A DNA stretch of 64,000 nucleotides from the human T2T-CHM13v2.0 reference genome, Homo sapiens (GCF_009914755.1 NC_060934.1), one strand, 5' to 3'. Numbered from the stretch's first letter, positions 1 to 17,836 are shown. Notes: generated from the sequence alone by a model not told the origin. Translations and numbers: made by a program.

Positions 1-71
1 TGACCTCAAGTGATCTGTCCGCCATGGCCTCCCAAAGTGCTGGATTACAGGCGTGAGCCACCACACCCAGC
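1..71 (-). mobile_element. Alu (5' end; cut by window edge)
   Basis: ctcccaaagtgctggattacaggcgtgagccacc. Confidence 0.9.
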
Positions 72-250
72 TTCCTTTTTTTTTTTTTTAACCAGGGAAA
101 AGGAGGCTCAGAAATCTTAAAGCATTACCCAGGATCACACAGCCTTTAAGCAGTGGGTCAGTATTTGAACCCAGGACTGGCAAAACCCCAGACCCTTTAG
201 CTTAATCACTACCTACTACTGCCTGAGAGTATTTGAGGGTTTAAATTTGA

Positions 251-562
<312 letters not shown>

Positions 563-1349
563 AAATTTGAATAATGTTTCCTCAGGGTTTGTCTATAGTC
601 TAGCTCTGCTGACAGCTATGCCGGCTTCATCTGAAGGCTCATCTGCTAAGAAACAGCCGCCTTCACACTGAGAGGATGCCCACGGAGATGTCTCTCTCAT
701 GGATTCTGCCAGCACCCTCTCTGGACTCTCCCTTCTCACCAGTTTCTTCTTGTTTCCTCCTTCATCCTTTATATTGTCTCTGAGGATCTCTGTGTTGGAA
801 CACCCAGTCCCCTGCCAGGAGACTACATCAATATACAAGGTCCCAGATGTGGTTCTGCGGCCTGGCTTGAGTGCAGTCCAGGTTGGGCACTCACACAGGG
901 CGTGACCCACACCACATCTGGACCGCTCCAGTCCCTCAGGACTCTTTCTTCTTATTGACCAGACTGTGTTGTCTTGTCATTTCCTCCACAGGTCCTATTT
1001 CTGCTCACTGGAGTCACTCAGAAGCCCAGTCCCTCTGTCCCATGACAGCCCTCCAGGTGTGTTAGGATGGATTCATGTGTCCCTATTTGTGCTCCCTTAG
1101 GAAGGACCGAGGATGTCTGAGGTCTTGAGATGTCACTTGGGCTCTCCCCAGTCCCTGCAGGTCTCCCCACTGGAGGCTTTGGAAGCTGAGACTCTGGCTT
1201 TGTAGGAATTTGTCCCATCCTCCAGGCAAACAAGTGTTTCTGACCAACTTTCCAAAGTCAAGGAGGAAGCTGGTGAAGCCTTCTCCCCTTTTATTATTAT
1301 CTTTATTGAGGTGTAACTTAAATACAATTATTTATGAAGCTCTTTTTTT

Positions 1350-1875
<526 letters not shown>

Positions 1876-1882
1876 TTCTTCC

Positions 1883-2201
<319 letters not shown>

Positions 2202-2690
2202 TAATATATATCTCTGCTTCCCGCTTGCCACAGCAGAGAACTCAAGTAAGGTGGTGTGGATTTTCTTTCCAAAAATCTTACTATTTCTTTTCCATTATGT
2301 AATTATGTGCTTACACATTGAGAGGAACTATGGTTTAAGAGCCCATGGCCTTGGAAAAGTCACTTAATCTCTCTAAGCCACCGTTCCATCACCCATTAAA
2401 TGAGAATAGTAATAATAACACCAACGATAATAAAACCTAACTGTCAGTGTTGTACGGAGGAACACAGTATGATATGTAAGCATTACAGAAGTGCAGCTCT
2501 CACTCTTCATGAGTGAAAGTACTGCCAACATCCAGATTACCACGAGAAATAGAGTTGATCGGAATATTTTCAAAATTCTCCGCATTCCAGCCAACTGTCA
2601 TGAATTAGTAAGGGCTGAGCACTGACCCCTCCACCAGCCTATTCCCTCGCTTTTTCTGGGAATCCTTAATGACTTGAACATTGTAGAGAA

Positions 2691-2709
2691 CAACCACTAG
2701 GGGGCGCAC
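2691..2709 (+). promoter_or_regulatory. CTCF motif, near-perfect
   Basis: caaCCACTAGGGGGCGCAC matches core CCASYAGRKGGCRS at every position, in non-repeat sequence with the CpG retained. Confidence 0.75.
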
Positions 2710-3439
2710 TTTCATCACTGGAATGCCTGGGTACCATTTCCCCAGTTTCTTACCAGTACATTTTCCCACCAAACCTAAGTGTTAGGGAAGCTTGCAGGTG
2801 GAGGGAAACCCACAGTCACAGGCTCACAGTTCCACCCTTTTATGGACCTCCTCTTACTTGCCTCCTTCCCTTCTCTCTGTCTTAACTGGTGGTATCAGTT
2901 CACCTCTCTTGTAGTAGCAGAGCTTCACTAAACTTAGCCAGATATTTCCAGAAAGGAACATTTTTTTTTTTCCTTTGTGCACTGTGCGGATAAATGCTGT
3001 TTGTTGTTTCAAAGTATTGACCAGGCTGCTGTGGAGAACTCTTTGGTTCGAAGGACCGTTTTCCTTGCTTTGACCCAACTCAGAGCGGCTCCCAAGATCA
3101 GAAACAGTCTCCTTGTTACACTTTCTCAATCTACCAACTTCTTAAATGGTAGATTTAAGACCATTGACTTTGGTGGTTTAAGACCAAAAGGTTGGTGGTT
3201 TAAGACCATTCCTTTTTTTAAAAAGCTTTTCATGTGGGGGTGTGGGATGTATGTCGAACTTTCTCAATCTTCTATGGATGATACTTGTAGCCAAATCCTT
3301 TGCTTTGGTTCTCAGACTGAGAAGGCTCCCCACTGCTTCTCTTCCTGCTGATAAGACCTCTAAAGAGCAACAATTCTCAAATTTTAGTATAAATAAGAAT
3401 AATATGGGAGTTCACGTCAAAAGAGCAGATTCTGCCACT

Positions 3440-4530
3440 TCATACTCATCAGGATGGCTATTATATATTTTTAAAAAAACAGAAAATAACAAGTATTGGT
3501 GAGGATATAGAGAAATTGAACTCTTGTGCATTGCTGGTGGGAATGTAAAACAATGCAGCCACTGAGGAAAGCAGTATGGTGTTTCCTCAAACAATTAAAC
3601 ATATAATTACCATATGATCTAGCAATTCCATTTCTAGGTATATACCCAAAAGCATTGAAAGGAGGGACTCGAACAGATATTTGTATATCTGTGTTCATAG
3701 CAGCATTATTTACAATAGCCAAAAGGTAGAAGCAACTCAATGTCTACCAACAGCTGGATAGATAAGCAGAATCTGGTATATGCATACAATGGAATATTAT
3801 TAAGCCTTAAAAAGGAATGGAATTCCAATACGTGCTACAACATGAATGAACCCTGAAAATATTATTCTAGGTGAAATCAGCCAGACTCAAAAGGACAAAT
3901 ATTGTATGATTCTACTTTTTTATTTTTAAATTTTTGTTTTTATTTATTTTTTTTTAGAGATAAGATCTTGCTCTGTCATTCAGGCTGGAGTGTAGTGCAT
4001 GATTGTGGCTTACTGCAGCCTCTAACTCCTGGGCTCAAGTGATCCTCCTGCCTCAGCCTCCAAGGTAGCTAGGACTATAGGCACATGCCACCATGCCGAG
4101 ATAATTTTTCGGGGGAGGTAGGAAAAGGGGGTCTTGCTATGTTGCCCAGATTGGTCTTAAACTCCTGGCCTCAAATAATCTTCCCACCTCAGCTCCCAAA
4201 ATGTTGGGATTGCAGCATAAGCCACTGTGCCAGGCCCATGGTTCTACTTTTTGAGGTACCTATGAATTTGAGGCAAATTCATAAAGAAGGAAAGTAGGAT
4301 AATGATTCCCAAAGGCTGGGAGGCAGGGCAATGAGTAGTTATTGCTTAACAGTACAGAGTTTTAGTTTGGGAAGATGAAAACATTCTGGCAATAGATGGT
4401 GATAATGTCTTTGCCACAATGTGAATGTACTTAATGCCACTGAATTGCACCTAGGAAATAATTAAAATGGGAAATTTTTATGTTGTGTGTATTTTACCAC
4501 AATATACAAAGCAAAAAAAAAAAAAAAAAT
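3440..4530 (+). mobile_element. L1MB-like 3' end (ORF2 remnant + 3'UTR + poly(A)), interrupted by an antisense AluJ at 3916-4236
   Basis: gctggtgggaatgtaaaa...ccatatgatctagcaattcc...cttaatgccactgaattg are typical L1M 3' sequences. Confidence 0.85.
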
Positions 4531-4997
4531 CAAGTGTAGATTCCTGAGTCCTACACTACTGATTCCACAGGTTTGTGATAAGGCCCAGGAGTCTGCAGTT
4601 TTAAGTCCCTGGGGATTTTGATGCAGGTGGTCTTGGAGGAACATTAGCCTTCTGTGATGGGAGCTGTTTATATTTTCCACAGACTGCTTGGGGAGCATCT
4701 ACCACGTGGGTTTTAAAGGACTGACTGCCACTTCCAGTGTGTGACAAGCCACTGAGCCTCTCTGCGCCTCTTATCCTTCATCTCTGAAGTAGGACTGACA
4801 GTGCTACCTACCTAGTGGGGTCTTTGTGAAGATTGAAGAAGTGAAACATGTAAAGTGCTTTTTAAAAATATAGCAGGTGACTTGAGATTACTCCTTCCTT
4901 TAGTGATTAGGGTTATATACTGTCTGCTCCCTGAGACTTTATGCTTTAACAGTATAACCAGTAATCCATCTAGAATTACACCAATGGCAGTGTCTAC

Positions 4998-5301
4998 TTT
5001 TTTTTTTTTTTTTTGAGACAGGTCTTGCTCTCTCACCCAGGCTGGCATGCAGTGGCATGATCACAGTTCACTGTAGCCTCAACTTCCTAGGCTGAAGGGA
5101 TCTCCCACCTCAGCCTCCCAAGTAGCTGGGACTACAGGCACATGCCACCATGCCCAGCTAATGTTTTTATTTTTTTGTAGAGACCCTTGTCTCTACAAAA
5201 AATGTTACTCAGGCTTGTCTCAAACTCCTGGGCTCAAGCAATCCTCCTGCCTTAGCCTCCCAAAATGGTGGGTTTACAGGTGTGAGCCATCATGCCAGAC
5301 C
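4998..5301 (-). mobile_element. AluJ
   Basis: Antisense Alu dimer. Confidence 0.9.
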
Positions 5302-5410
5302 TCAATTTTTTTTAAATGACTGCTTCCAGCCTGGGCAACATAGTGAGACCCCATCATTACAAAAAATTAAAAAATTAGCTGGTCACAGTGGCTCATGTCT
5401 GTAATCCCAG

Positions 5411-5784
5411 TGTATTAGTCCATTTTCATACTACTATAAAGAACTGCCCAAGACCGGGTAATTTATAAAGGAAAGAGGTTTAATTGACTTGCATTTCAGC
5501 ATGGCTGGGGAGGCCTCAGGAACTTTACAATCATGGCAGAAGGCAAAGAGGAAGCAAGGCACCTTCTTTACAAGGCAGCAGGAAGAAGTGCGGAGCGAAG
5601 CAGGGGAAAGAGCCCCTTGCAAAACCATCAGATCTCATGAGAACTCATTGTCACGAGAACAGCATGGGGAAAAACATCCCCATGATTCAATTACTTCCAC
5701 CTGGTCTCTCCCTTGACACATGGGGATTATGGGGATTACAATTCAGGATGAGATTTTGGGTGGGGGGACAGCCGGACAATATCA
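5411..5784 (-). mobile_element. THE1 (MaLR) solo LTR, nested inside an AluJ (5327-5410 and 5785-5908)
   Basis: tgtattagtccattttcat...gggtaatttataaaggaaagaggtttaattgac...aatatca; Alu sequence resumes at cagctact. Confidence 0.88.
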
Positions 5785-6945
5785 CAGCTACTTTGGACGC
5801 TGAGGCAGGAGGATCACTTGAGCCCAGGAATTTAAGGCTGCAGTGAGCCATGAACATGCCACCATACTCCAGCCTAGGTGACAGAGCAAGACCCTCTCTT
5901 TAAAAAAATCAATTAAAATGACTTCTTGTTAATATTCTCAATGGCTGGTAAGCAGATGGCATTGGTTAACTAATTTAATGAAGCAGGATTAGGAGTTAGA
6001 GGCATCTCTGCTTCTGCAGCTTCTGCAAAGGGTTCAGTGGTAAGGATCTTATCCCATGAGAAACAATGACATTCCTTAAGGTTTATGGGGGGAGCAGGTG
6101 CAGGGGGTAGTGAGGCATCTCATAGTGTTCTAATGGTTTTACTTTAAATTATCCATATGTTTTTTGTTTTTAAAAAAAACCTTCTGGAAGAATTCACACT
6201 ATGTTAATAGAGGAGTAGGATTTGTAGCAGAAGGTGAAAGGGGACTTTCATTTTTCACCCTGTGTCTTTCTGGGCTGTTTGTTTATTTTACAATGTGAGG
6301 CCCTATATTACTTTTGTAACTTAGAAAAAAAGGTGTTTGTTTGTTTTTTCTAAATGTGACTGTTCCTGTCCATTCAGGACAGCACCAGTAGTATAAACAC
6401 AAATACCCACTCAAATTAATATCCTCACATGATAATACAGATGATGCCACCTTAGAAATTAGCAGTGTACAAAGCATGCTCACAGCCATTATCTCACGTA
6501 ATCCATGGCATGGTTTTGTGAAGCAGGAAGTGTTTTACACTTTTACAGCTGAGAAATGCACAAGAAATGTGCGTCACTGTTGTGTAAGCTATATCTTTCT
6601 TACCTCCTTATCCTTTGAGTGTTGACTTTGGTTCACTTTGCTGTGGTATTTTGAGCACTTATTTTAGTTATATAATAAAATATATTTGCAATCTATTCAG
6701 TTGAGGATAAGCATCGTTAGCTGCAACTGCCCAGATTGAAAAAACTATTTGAACTTGAGATGGGCAGACCAAGGCAACCTTGGCCAGCTAGGAAGGAGCT
6801 AGGTCTGCTGTGTGTGTTTGCCTCCCAAAGTTATCATAACAACGTTCCAAAAAGCAAAATATCTCATGCACATATGTTTTAATGGGAATGGGATTTTGTT
6901 TAGTCTAATTAGCAGGCAGGCAGAAACCACATAAAATTTTGTGGG

Positions 6946-7385
<440 letters not shown>

Positions 7386-7526
7386 TGATATTCCTGCCAG
7401 CAAATGTGTGGCTTTTACTGATGAGGCAAATAGAGATGATTTTGCTTGCTTGCACTGCAATTGCAAATATTTACTTACTTATTTTTTAATTGTAGTCATT
7501 AATGGACACAAGAAAATGAAAATGTG

Positions 7527-7824
<298 letters not shown>

Positions 7825-8079
7825 GGAAAATGAAAATGTGTTTGAGCTCCAGAAGTGTCTCCTTTTAAATCAGGACAGCACCTGTAAACCAAGGGTCTCA
7901 CCAGAACTGGCTAAATAATTTACAGGATCCAATGCAAGATGAAAGTGAAGGATGCCTTGTTCAAAAGTCATTAAGAATTTCAAGATGGCAACATCAAAGC
8001 ATTAAGCCCAGAGCAGGGCCCTTTGCAAGTGTATAGGTTCCACATCCACTATGCCAATCCTGCGTCTTGCTTACATTTA

Positions 8080-10005
8080 AATTTTCTATTTATTTGTTTA
8101 TCAATTGTTTGATTAGAGTAGGGCATTAACATATTACAAATTTTAAAAGATACAAACATAAGTCTCTAGCTCTCTTCCCTGTAGGTACTAGTTTGTGTAT
8201 CTTTTTTCTTTTTTTTTGAGACAGGGAATTGCTCTATCACCCAGGCTGGAGTGCAAAGGCACAATCATAGCTCACTGTAGCTTCAACCTCCCAGACTCAA
8301 GTGATCCTCCCACCTCAGCCTCTAGAGCACCTTCCTTCAGGACACACACATACAAATGGTATCATACATTACACATTGTTTTGTATTTTGTTTTCTTAAC
8401 AATATATCTTGGAGATAATTCCCTACCCCTGCAGACGGTGTCTCCTTATTCTTTCCCATGGCTGCATAATACTCCACTCTACTATACTCCACTCTACTGG
8501 TTATAGACATAACCAGTTCCTTTTGATGGATGTATAGATTGCTTCCAATTACCAAAAATGCTGCAACAAAAGTTGTTGCAGATCATTTTTCTACATGCCT
8601 GAGTGTTTCTGTGGGAGTGTCAAGTCAAAGATTATAATTTGTTTTACATTGTGATAGATATTGTCAATTACTCTCTAAAGAAATCGTACCAATTTACACC
8701 CCCACCAATATAGAGTTATCAACTTTTTTTATCTTTGCCAATCTAATGGATGGGACACTGATCTATTGTAGTCTTAATTTTCTTTGTTTGTTTCTCTTTC
8801 TTTTCTTTTCTTTTTTCTTTTTTTAGATGGGTTCTCACTCTGTCACCCAGGGTGGAGTACAATGGCATGATCATGGCTCATTGCAGCCTTGATCTCCCAG
8901 GCTCAAGTGATCCTTTCGCCTCAGCCTCCCAAGTAGCTGGGACTACAGGTGCACACCACCATGCCCAGTTAGGTGTTTTACTTTTTGTAGAGACAAGGTC
9001 TCACTGTTGTCCAGGATGGTCCCAAAATCCTTAGGTCAAGCAATCCTCCCATCATGTCCTCCCAAAGTGCTGGGATTACAGGCACAAGGCACCACACCCA
9101 GCCTTATAGTCTTAATTTTCATTTCTTTTATTATCAGTGGAGCTGGACATCTTTTCAAATGGCTAAGAGTCAGCCTCTTCTGTGAATTGACTGTTCACAA
9201 AGACTGTTATTCCTTTGTTGTGTTGTTAGATTTTTTATTAGTCTTTTTCTTATGATTTGTGTAAATGCTTAATCTATTGAGGAAATTAGTTCTTGGTTTG
9301 GGAGTTTTGAAAATATTTCCCCCAGTTTGTTTTATCTTTTTTTTTTTTTTTTTTTTTGAGATGGAGTCTCACTCTGATGTCCAGGCTGGAGTGCAGTGGC
9401 ACGATCTCTGCTCACTGCAACCTCCGCCTCCCAGGTTCAAGCAGTTATCTGCCTCAGCCTACCGAGTAGCTGGGATTACATGTACCTACCACCACACCCA
9501 GCTAATTTTTGTATTTTTAGTAGAGATGGGGTTTCGACCATCTTGGCCAGGCTGGTCTTGAACTCGACCTCGTGATCCACCAGGCTTGGCCTCCCAAAGT
9601 GCTGGGATTACAGGCGTGAGCCACCGAGTCTGGCCTGTTTCGTCCTTTTAACTTTGTTGGTTTTGCCATGCAGATTATTTTTTAATGTAGTTGAATTTAT
9701 CAGTTTTTAATGGCTTCTGAATTTTGTATCATTCTCAGAAAGATCTTCTCCACTCCCATGCTTCCTTCTAGTATTAACCAGTTGTAGTTACATTCTCAGA
9801 AATAAACCTTTGCTCCATTTGGAATTTATTTTATTGTAAAGTATAAATAGGCATCCAGTTTTATTTTTTTCCCAGATGACTACCTACATGTCCCAGTAAT
9901 ATTTATTGAATAATTCACCTTTCCCCCACTTATTTGAAGTTCTCTTTTTATCAAATAGTAAAATTCCTACTTGTATTTGTGTCTATTTCTGAACATTCTA
10001 TTTTA
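8080..10005 (-). mobile_element. Degraded old L1 (L1ME-like) carrying Alu inserts at 8208-8325, 8797-9104 and 9337-9635 (all antisense)
   Basis: T-rich antisense L1-like wording between clear Alu segments. Confidence 0.65.
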
Positions 10006-10199
10006 TTTTTAAGAATGATTATGTGTGATGTGTATATAAATAATAATAAAGAATTTTCTAAACCTCTTTCCAGTTTGGGGAGCGGTCATAGATATGGCTT
10101 GTCCAGAGTTACCCAATTCAATACAAGAATCCTTGAGAGGCCAGTCCCAGTATATGTTTACTTTCATATGTATTTCAAGGAAAAAGATTATCATGATGT

Positions 10200-10410
10200 T
10201 TAAGAACATGGATTGGGGTGTCAGACTGACCTGGGTTGCAATCTCACCTCTAATCTCCATGACTGTGTGAGCTTGGGTGGATTGTCTTATCTGATCCTCA
10301 GGTTCCTCATTTATAAAACAGAAATAAATCTAGAACCTCTCTCATTGAGTTGGTTAGGAAGTAAATGAATGTAAAATGCTTAAAACACTGCCTAACACAT
10401 AGTAAATTAT
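10200..10410 (+). mobile_element. MIR
   Basis: ctcaggttcctcatttataaaacag..aaatgcttaaaacactgcctaacacatagtaa core. Confidence 0.7.
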
Positions 10411-10429
10411 TGTCATTATGATTTACCCC

Positions 10430-10524
10430 TAGGGTGACCAGCTGATCCCCATTTTCCCAGACTTTCTCCATTTTATCACTGAAAATCCCAAGTCCTGAGC
10501 AAATCAAGATGTTTAGTCACCCTA
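10430..10524. mobile_element. Small hAT MITE (MER96-like)
   Basis: Terminal inverted repeats tagggtgac ... gtcacccta. Confidence 0.65.
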
Positions 10525-10565
10525 AACCCTATTGTCATGTGCAATGGTTAAGAATCTGTGTTTGT

Positions 10566-10884
<319 letters not shown>

Positions 10885-11236
10885 CTATCAAAATCATACT
10901 ACTCAGTTCCTACATCGATTAACTCAACTTTTACAGAAATATCACAAAATGTAAGTTTTTTCAAAAACTTAAAATCCATGCTCTTATCTCATTCCAATTT
11001 TGTGCCCCTCCCCCCGAAAGGAAGACATTCTTTGGCCATCAGAGCCTAATCTAGGATTTCCTCTGGTTTCCACCTGAGCCAAGATCAAAGCGCCCCATGC
11101 CCAAGAAGTTGGGGGGAGGTGCGGGGGTTGGGAGAGGAGGAGTGGGGCTGGGGGTCAAAATAGGGCTATACAAAAAAACAAACAAGGCAGAGTGACTCCA
11201 TGACATTGGAGACTGAAATACTTTGCTTCTAGAGTT

Positions 11237-11237
<1 letters not shown>

Positions 11238-11278
<41 letters not shown>

Positions 11279-11284
11279 ACACAC
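11238..11284 (+). repeat. (CA)n microsatellite
   Basis: About 23 CA units with one interruption. Confidence 0.95.
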
Positions 11285-12414
11285 AGAGCAGTCTCCCCAG
11301 GACTCACTTGCTGTAATGTAAAAGAGTAATCGTCTTCCTCACTCATGAATCATTCTAACTTTAGGCACTGTAAAAGCCTAGTTGAGGACATATCGCTGGG
11401 GAGGTAGTGTGTTATACAAGTCTCAAATCCTACCACTGAAGCAGTGCCTACTCTGCCAAGGTATGTAGCAGACTCTGAATCCACAAGGACAAAAGTGCCA
11501 GGTCCTGGCTGGTTGGAGGAGAGAGGAGGGAGAATTATTTGTGTTGGAGAAGTCAAGCCTTGGGCTTAATTAGGTTTAATTTAATGATGCAACGGAGAGA
11601 GGCCTGGTCTGAAACTTAGAAATCAAAGTTCTCATCCCATTCTTTTCATGAATTAACTCTGTAACCCCAAGTCAGCCACTTCTCCCAGGGCCTTCCTGCA
11701 TAACTTCAGGGAGTGCATGTCACTCCCAGAGACATGTAGTGTTAGAGCCACATGTGGAGGCTGCTGGGGTTGTGGCTGAGGCGCCGGAGAAGCAAGCGAG
11801 CCTGTTGGCCAAAAGGGAAGGTGTGAAGGTGCCGGGCAGGTTGCTGGGCAGAGCCAAAGAAAGGCTTCCCTGACCGGGACAGGGCTGTGGCAGTAACAGC
11901 ACCGAATCCTAACCTCTGGACCACCACTTGCCACCTTGTAGGTGGCAATACAGGGACCCCATATTGTCTCCAGCCCTCCATTTCTTCTCCTCTGTAAAAT
12001 AAAAGACTAAATTTTAGGATAGTCTTAATCATTTGGCTAACATTCTTTACAGGTCAATAGTCACCAAACCAGGAGAAATTGGGTCCTGGCATACAAAGCT
12101 CACTTAGTCTCAGTTGAAAGAGCACTGCATTCTGATGCTAGTACCAGCTGGTTTCTTTGACTTCTTCCCTAGAGAATAAAGTGGTAGACAGAAACTAACA
12201 AGATGAGGAAGAAAGTTAGAAGATGATGTGGTAAACATCTCTGTTTCAGCTTCACCTGCATCCATTCCCTCTTCTGGTGACTGTCCTTGATTTTGGTTTG
12301 GGAAAGCAAATCCTAGATTAGAGAAAATCTGGCCAGTCATGGGATCCCACCCTCCCCTGGCCAAAAAGTCATTGAGCGACCCAAGTTCTTTCTGCCAATC
12401 AGACGCTCTCTCCC

Positions 12415-13871
<1,457 letters not shown>

Positions 13872-13964
13872 TGCTCTCTCCCTTGAGTCTGAATTGAGCC
13901 AAGTAATGTGAGGATTGAAAATAGAGCAAATCCATGCCAAAGGAAATACCCTAAAGTGAAGTTG

Positions 13965-14175
13965 TTGAACTATAGCCGTGGATAAACTCTGGCCCTCTGG
14001 CTCTTTTTGTAAATAAAGTTTTATCAGAACACAGTCACAATCATTTGTTTATGTATGCTCTATGGCTGCTTTTGTGCTACAGTGACAAAATTGAGTAGTT
14101 ATGAGAGAGATTGTCTGTTGTATAAAACCTAAAATATTTACTATCTGGACTTTTACAGATAAAGTTAATTCCTGC
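13965..14175 (+). mobile_element. MER58A-like hAT-Charlie element
   Basis: ttttgtaaataaagttttat..aaacctaaaatatttactatctgg. Confidence 0.7.
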
Positions 14176-14554
14176 TACTTAGGTTCCAGGAGCTCTCCTG
14201 GTTCTTATGTATTTCAAAGCTTGCTTCTTCAAATTTTCCTTGGATTCTGTGAGCTACTCCATATTTTTCTGAGAAATTCCATTTTTGCTTAAGTTAGGGT
14301 GAGTTGGTTTCTATTGCTTACAACTTTTTAGCACTTAAACATATTTTTCCATAGTAATTCCATTGGAAATAATGGTTAGGACCCCAAGCTACCTCAAAAA
14401 AGAAAAATATATTCAATTTATGTTTTTAATTTTTAAAATCATTTAGAAAAATAATAAGTATTTGATTTTATTATGGTGTCTGGCTAAATGTGACAGGGGA
14501 GGATCCAAATCTCCGTGGGGCAGCACAGATGTGGCAAAGAAATCAACCCACGTT

Positions 14555-15041
<487 letters not shown>

Positions 15042-15134
15042 TTAAGTTTTAAAATGGGGACAGTCCCAGCAAATTGGCACAACTTGATCACTACAGGATA
15101 TTGTATGATTGAAGTTAAATATATGTCATTATTA

Positions 15135-15560
<426 letters not shown>

Positions 15561-16379
15561 CTAAAGGGAACATAAGTTTGCTACATTTAAGGAATCCTGT
15601 GTTGTAATGGAAATAGTAAAAAATGAGTCATGGCATCATGAAACACACATTGGAGCTCTGTATCCACATCCTGACTCTGGGATAACTGTATTTTGTATGT
15701 GAACATTAATTCTGAGAAGCATAAGTTGCCACACAAATGCAATATGCTTATAATTATTGGTGGAAGGAAATGAGTACAATTTCACATTTCTGATGCCTGG
15801 GCCAAGAACCAGAGCCTGATTGGTGCCGGTGATTTCAGAAATGAATCCAGGGCCAATGCTTGTGTGAAGGAAGAAGACTGATCCTCTGGATTTGCAGAGT
15901 CCTGGAAAATACCTTCGCTGATGAAAAACATCTATTTGGATTAGGCAGCCTCCAATAAGTAGGCGGATTATCCAGCTTCCTTCGTTTAGAACTGACTGGA
16001 CTTGTTCAGCGACTTCATAACTATCAGGAAGGAAGGAGGGGTGTGCATGTTAAATCTAGTGCAAATATGAAGCATGCTAAGTTGGAAGTTGGCAAGATGA
16101 ACTTCTTTCTATGTATGTGCAGAGAATGACCAGGTGGTAGAAGTGGCTGGGGGCTGGGAAGATGGCTAGAGTTGGGAGAAACCCCAAAATTAATTCTGAA
16201 TGATCCCATAATCATGGAAGCTGAAGGAGAAGCTAATGGTTTGGGTAGAAGGGATTTTTAAAAAAATTAAAGGGGGAAAGAGATTTGGAGATAATTTTCT
16301 CCCTTCACCTTTCCCAGGATAATACATGTAGAAATTCTCTAGAGTGGGACTCTGTTGACTTAGAACCCACTGACCTACG

Positions 16380-17110
16380 TAGAATTCAGGAGGTCTATGA
16401 ACTTGGGTGGAGACAAAAATGACATCTTCACTAACTGCAAATGAAACGTAGCATTTGCTTCAGTTACCAATGTATGCAATGGGCCATCGTTGTATGAATG
16501 AACTTGAGACTTGTCACTAAAAGAAATCACAGGTATTTTCAAATCACATTATTGTGTTGTAGGTACCATAACATGTCACTACTGCCGGGCGTGGTGGCTC
16601 GCGTCTGTAATCCCAGCAATTTGGGAGGCCGAAGTAGGCAGATCACCTGAGGTTGGGAGGTCGAGACCAGCCTGACCAACAAGGTGAAACCCTATCTCTA
16701 CTAAACATACAAAATTAGCCGGGTATGGTGGTGCATGCCTGTAATCCCAGCTACTCTAGAGGCTGAGGCAGGAGAATCACTTGAACCTTGGAGGCGGGAG
16801 TTGCAGTGAGCCGAGATGGCACATTGCACTCCAGCCTGGGCAACAAGAGCGAAACTCCGCCTCAAAAAAAGAAAAAAAAGAAAAGTCACTACTTTGAGTT
16901 TAAAATAGAAATTAGATCCACTGCTAGAACCTTGTTACTTAATGCACAAAGAAGTATATACATTTTTTGCTATACTACATATTTGTATTTTGATAACTGT
17001 ATTTCAAGGTAACTAGTTTCTTTTGTAATTCTTCATATTTTATGCATTTAAAATGGATAAATGCATTATTTATCCATTTAAGGGGTCCAGGGGCTCCAAC
17101 AGACTGCTAA
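16380..17110. mobile_element. hAT-Charlie (Charlie4-like) fossil interrupted by an Alu at 16583-16883 (+)
   Basis: ggtctatgaacttgg..agaaatcacaggtattttc..; Alu TSD gtcactact. Confidence 0.55.
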
Positions 17111-17464
17111 GAGTCTGTCCCTAGAGCTCTGTTCTAGAAACCGGCCCGTGGACTAGCCTAGCTCCCTCCCCTACCCCATGACTTCCACTCCTTTCGACAA
17201 ACCTTTAAGAGAACTCTGTGGAAACACGGACAAATGTTTCAGACACAATGCGATAAAGGAGGATTTAAGCATGGTTTTAACCAGGTACAAATATCTGTTC
17301 TAGTTTTTATATCTGAACAAGAATGGGAAAGTTATTAACAAAAATGAAATGCTGTGTTTACTTTTACAGTGTTATTACATTACCCTTTCAATACCAGTTT
17401 AAAAAATCATTTATGATCCATTTTTCACGTAGGTAATATATCTTTTTTCTACTTTTTCTTCTTT

Positions 17465-17470
17465 TCTTCT

Positions 17471-17504
<34 letters not shown>

Positions 17505-17650
17505 AGACAGGGTCTTGCTCCGTCGTCCAGGCTGGAGTTCAGTGGCACAATCACGGCTCACGGCAACCTTAACCTCCTGGGCTCAAGTGATAGTCCCACC
17601 TCAGCCTCCTAAAGTGCTGGGATTACAGGCAAGAGCTACCTCGTCTAGCC
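17465..17650 (-). mobile_element. FLAM/Alu monomer with long T tract
   Basis: Single antisense arm. Confidence 0.8.
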
Positions 17651-17836
17651 TAATATATCTCTATTGTTGAGGAATCACAAAGTACAAGTGAGTAAAAAGG
17701 AAAAATACTCAATCTCCATTACCAGTTAAGAAAAAATCATTCTGCATTCTATGCAGCCTTTTAAAAAATGATATAAAGCCATATATTCTGACATGGAAAG
17801 AGTTATATTATTTGTTAAGTGAGAAAGCAAGAACAT

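Noticed and set aside
590-1270. Overlapping ORFs in unique sequence as a possible pseudogene or exon
   Set aside because: No recognisable protein similarity, poly(A)/TSD or consistent splice frame.
3154-3210. Repeat-spacer-like pattern resembling a CRISPR array
   Set aside because: Eukaryotic context, only 2-3 very short units, ~5-nt spacers and no cas genes.
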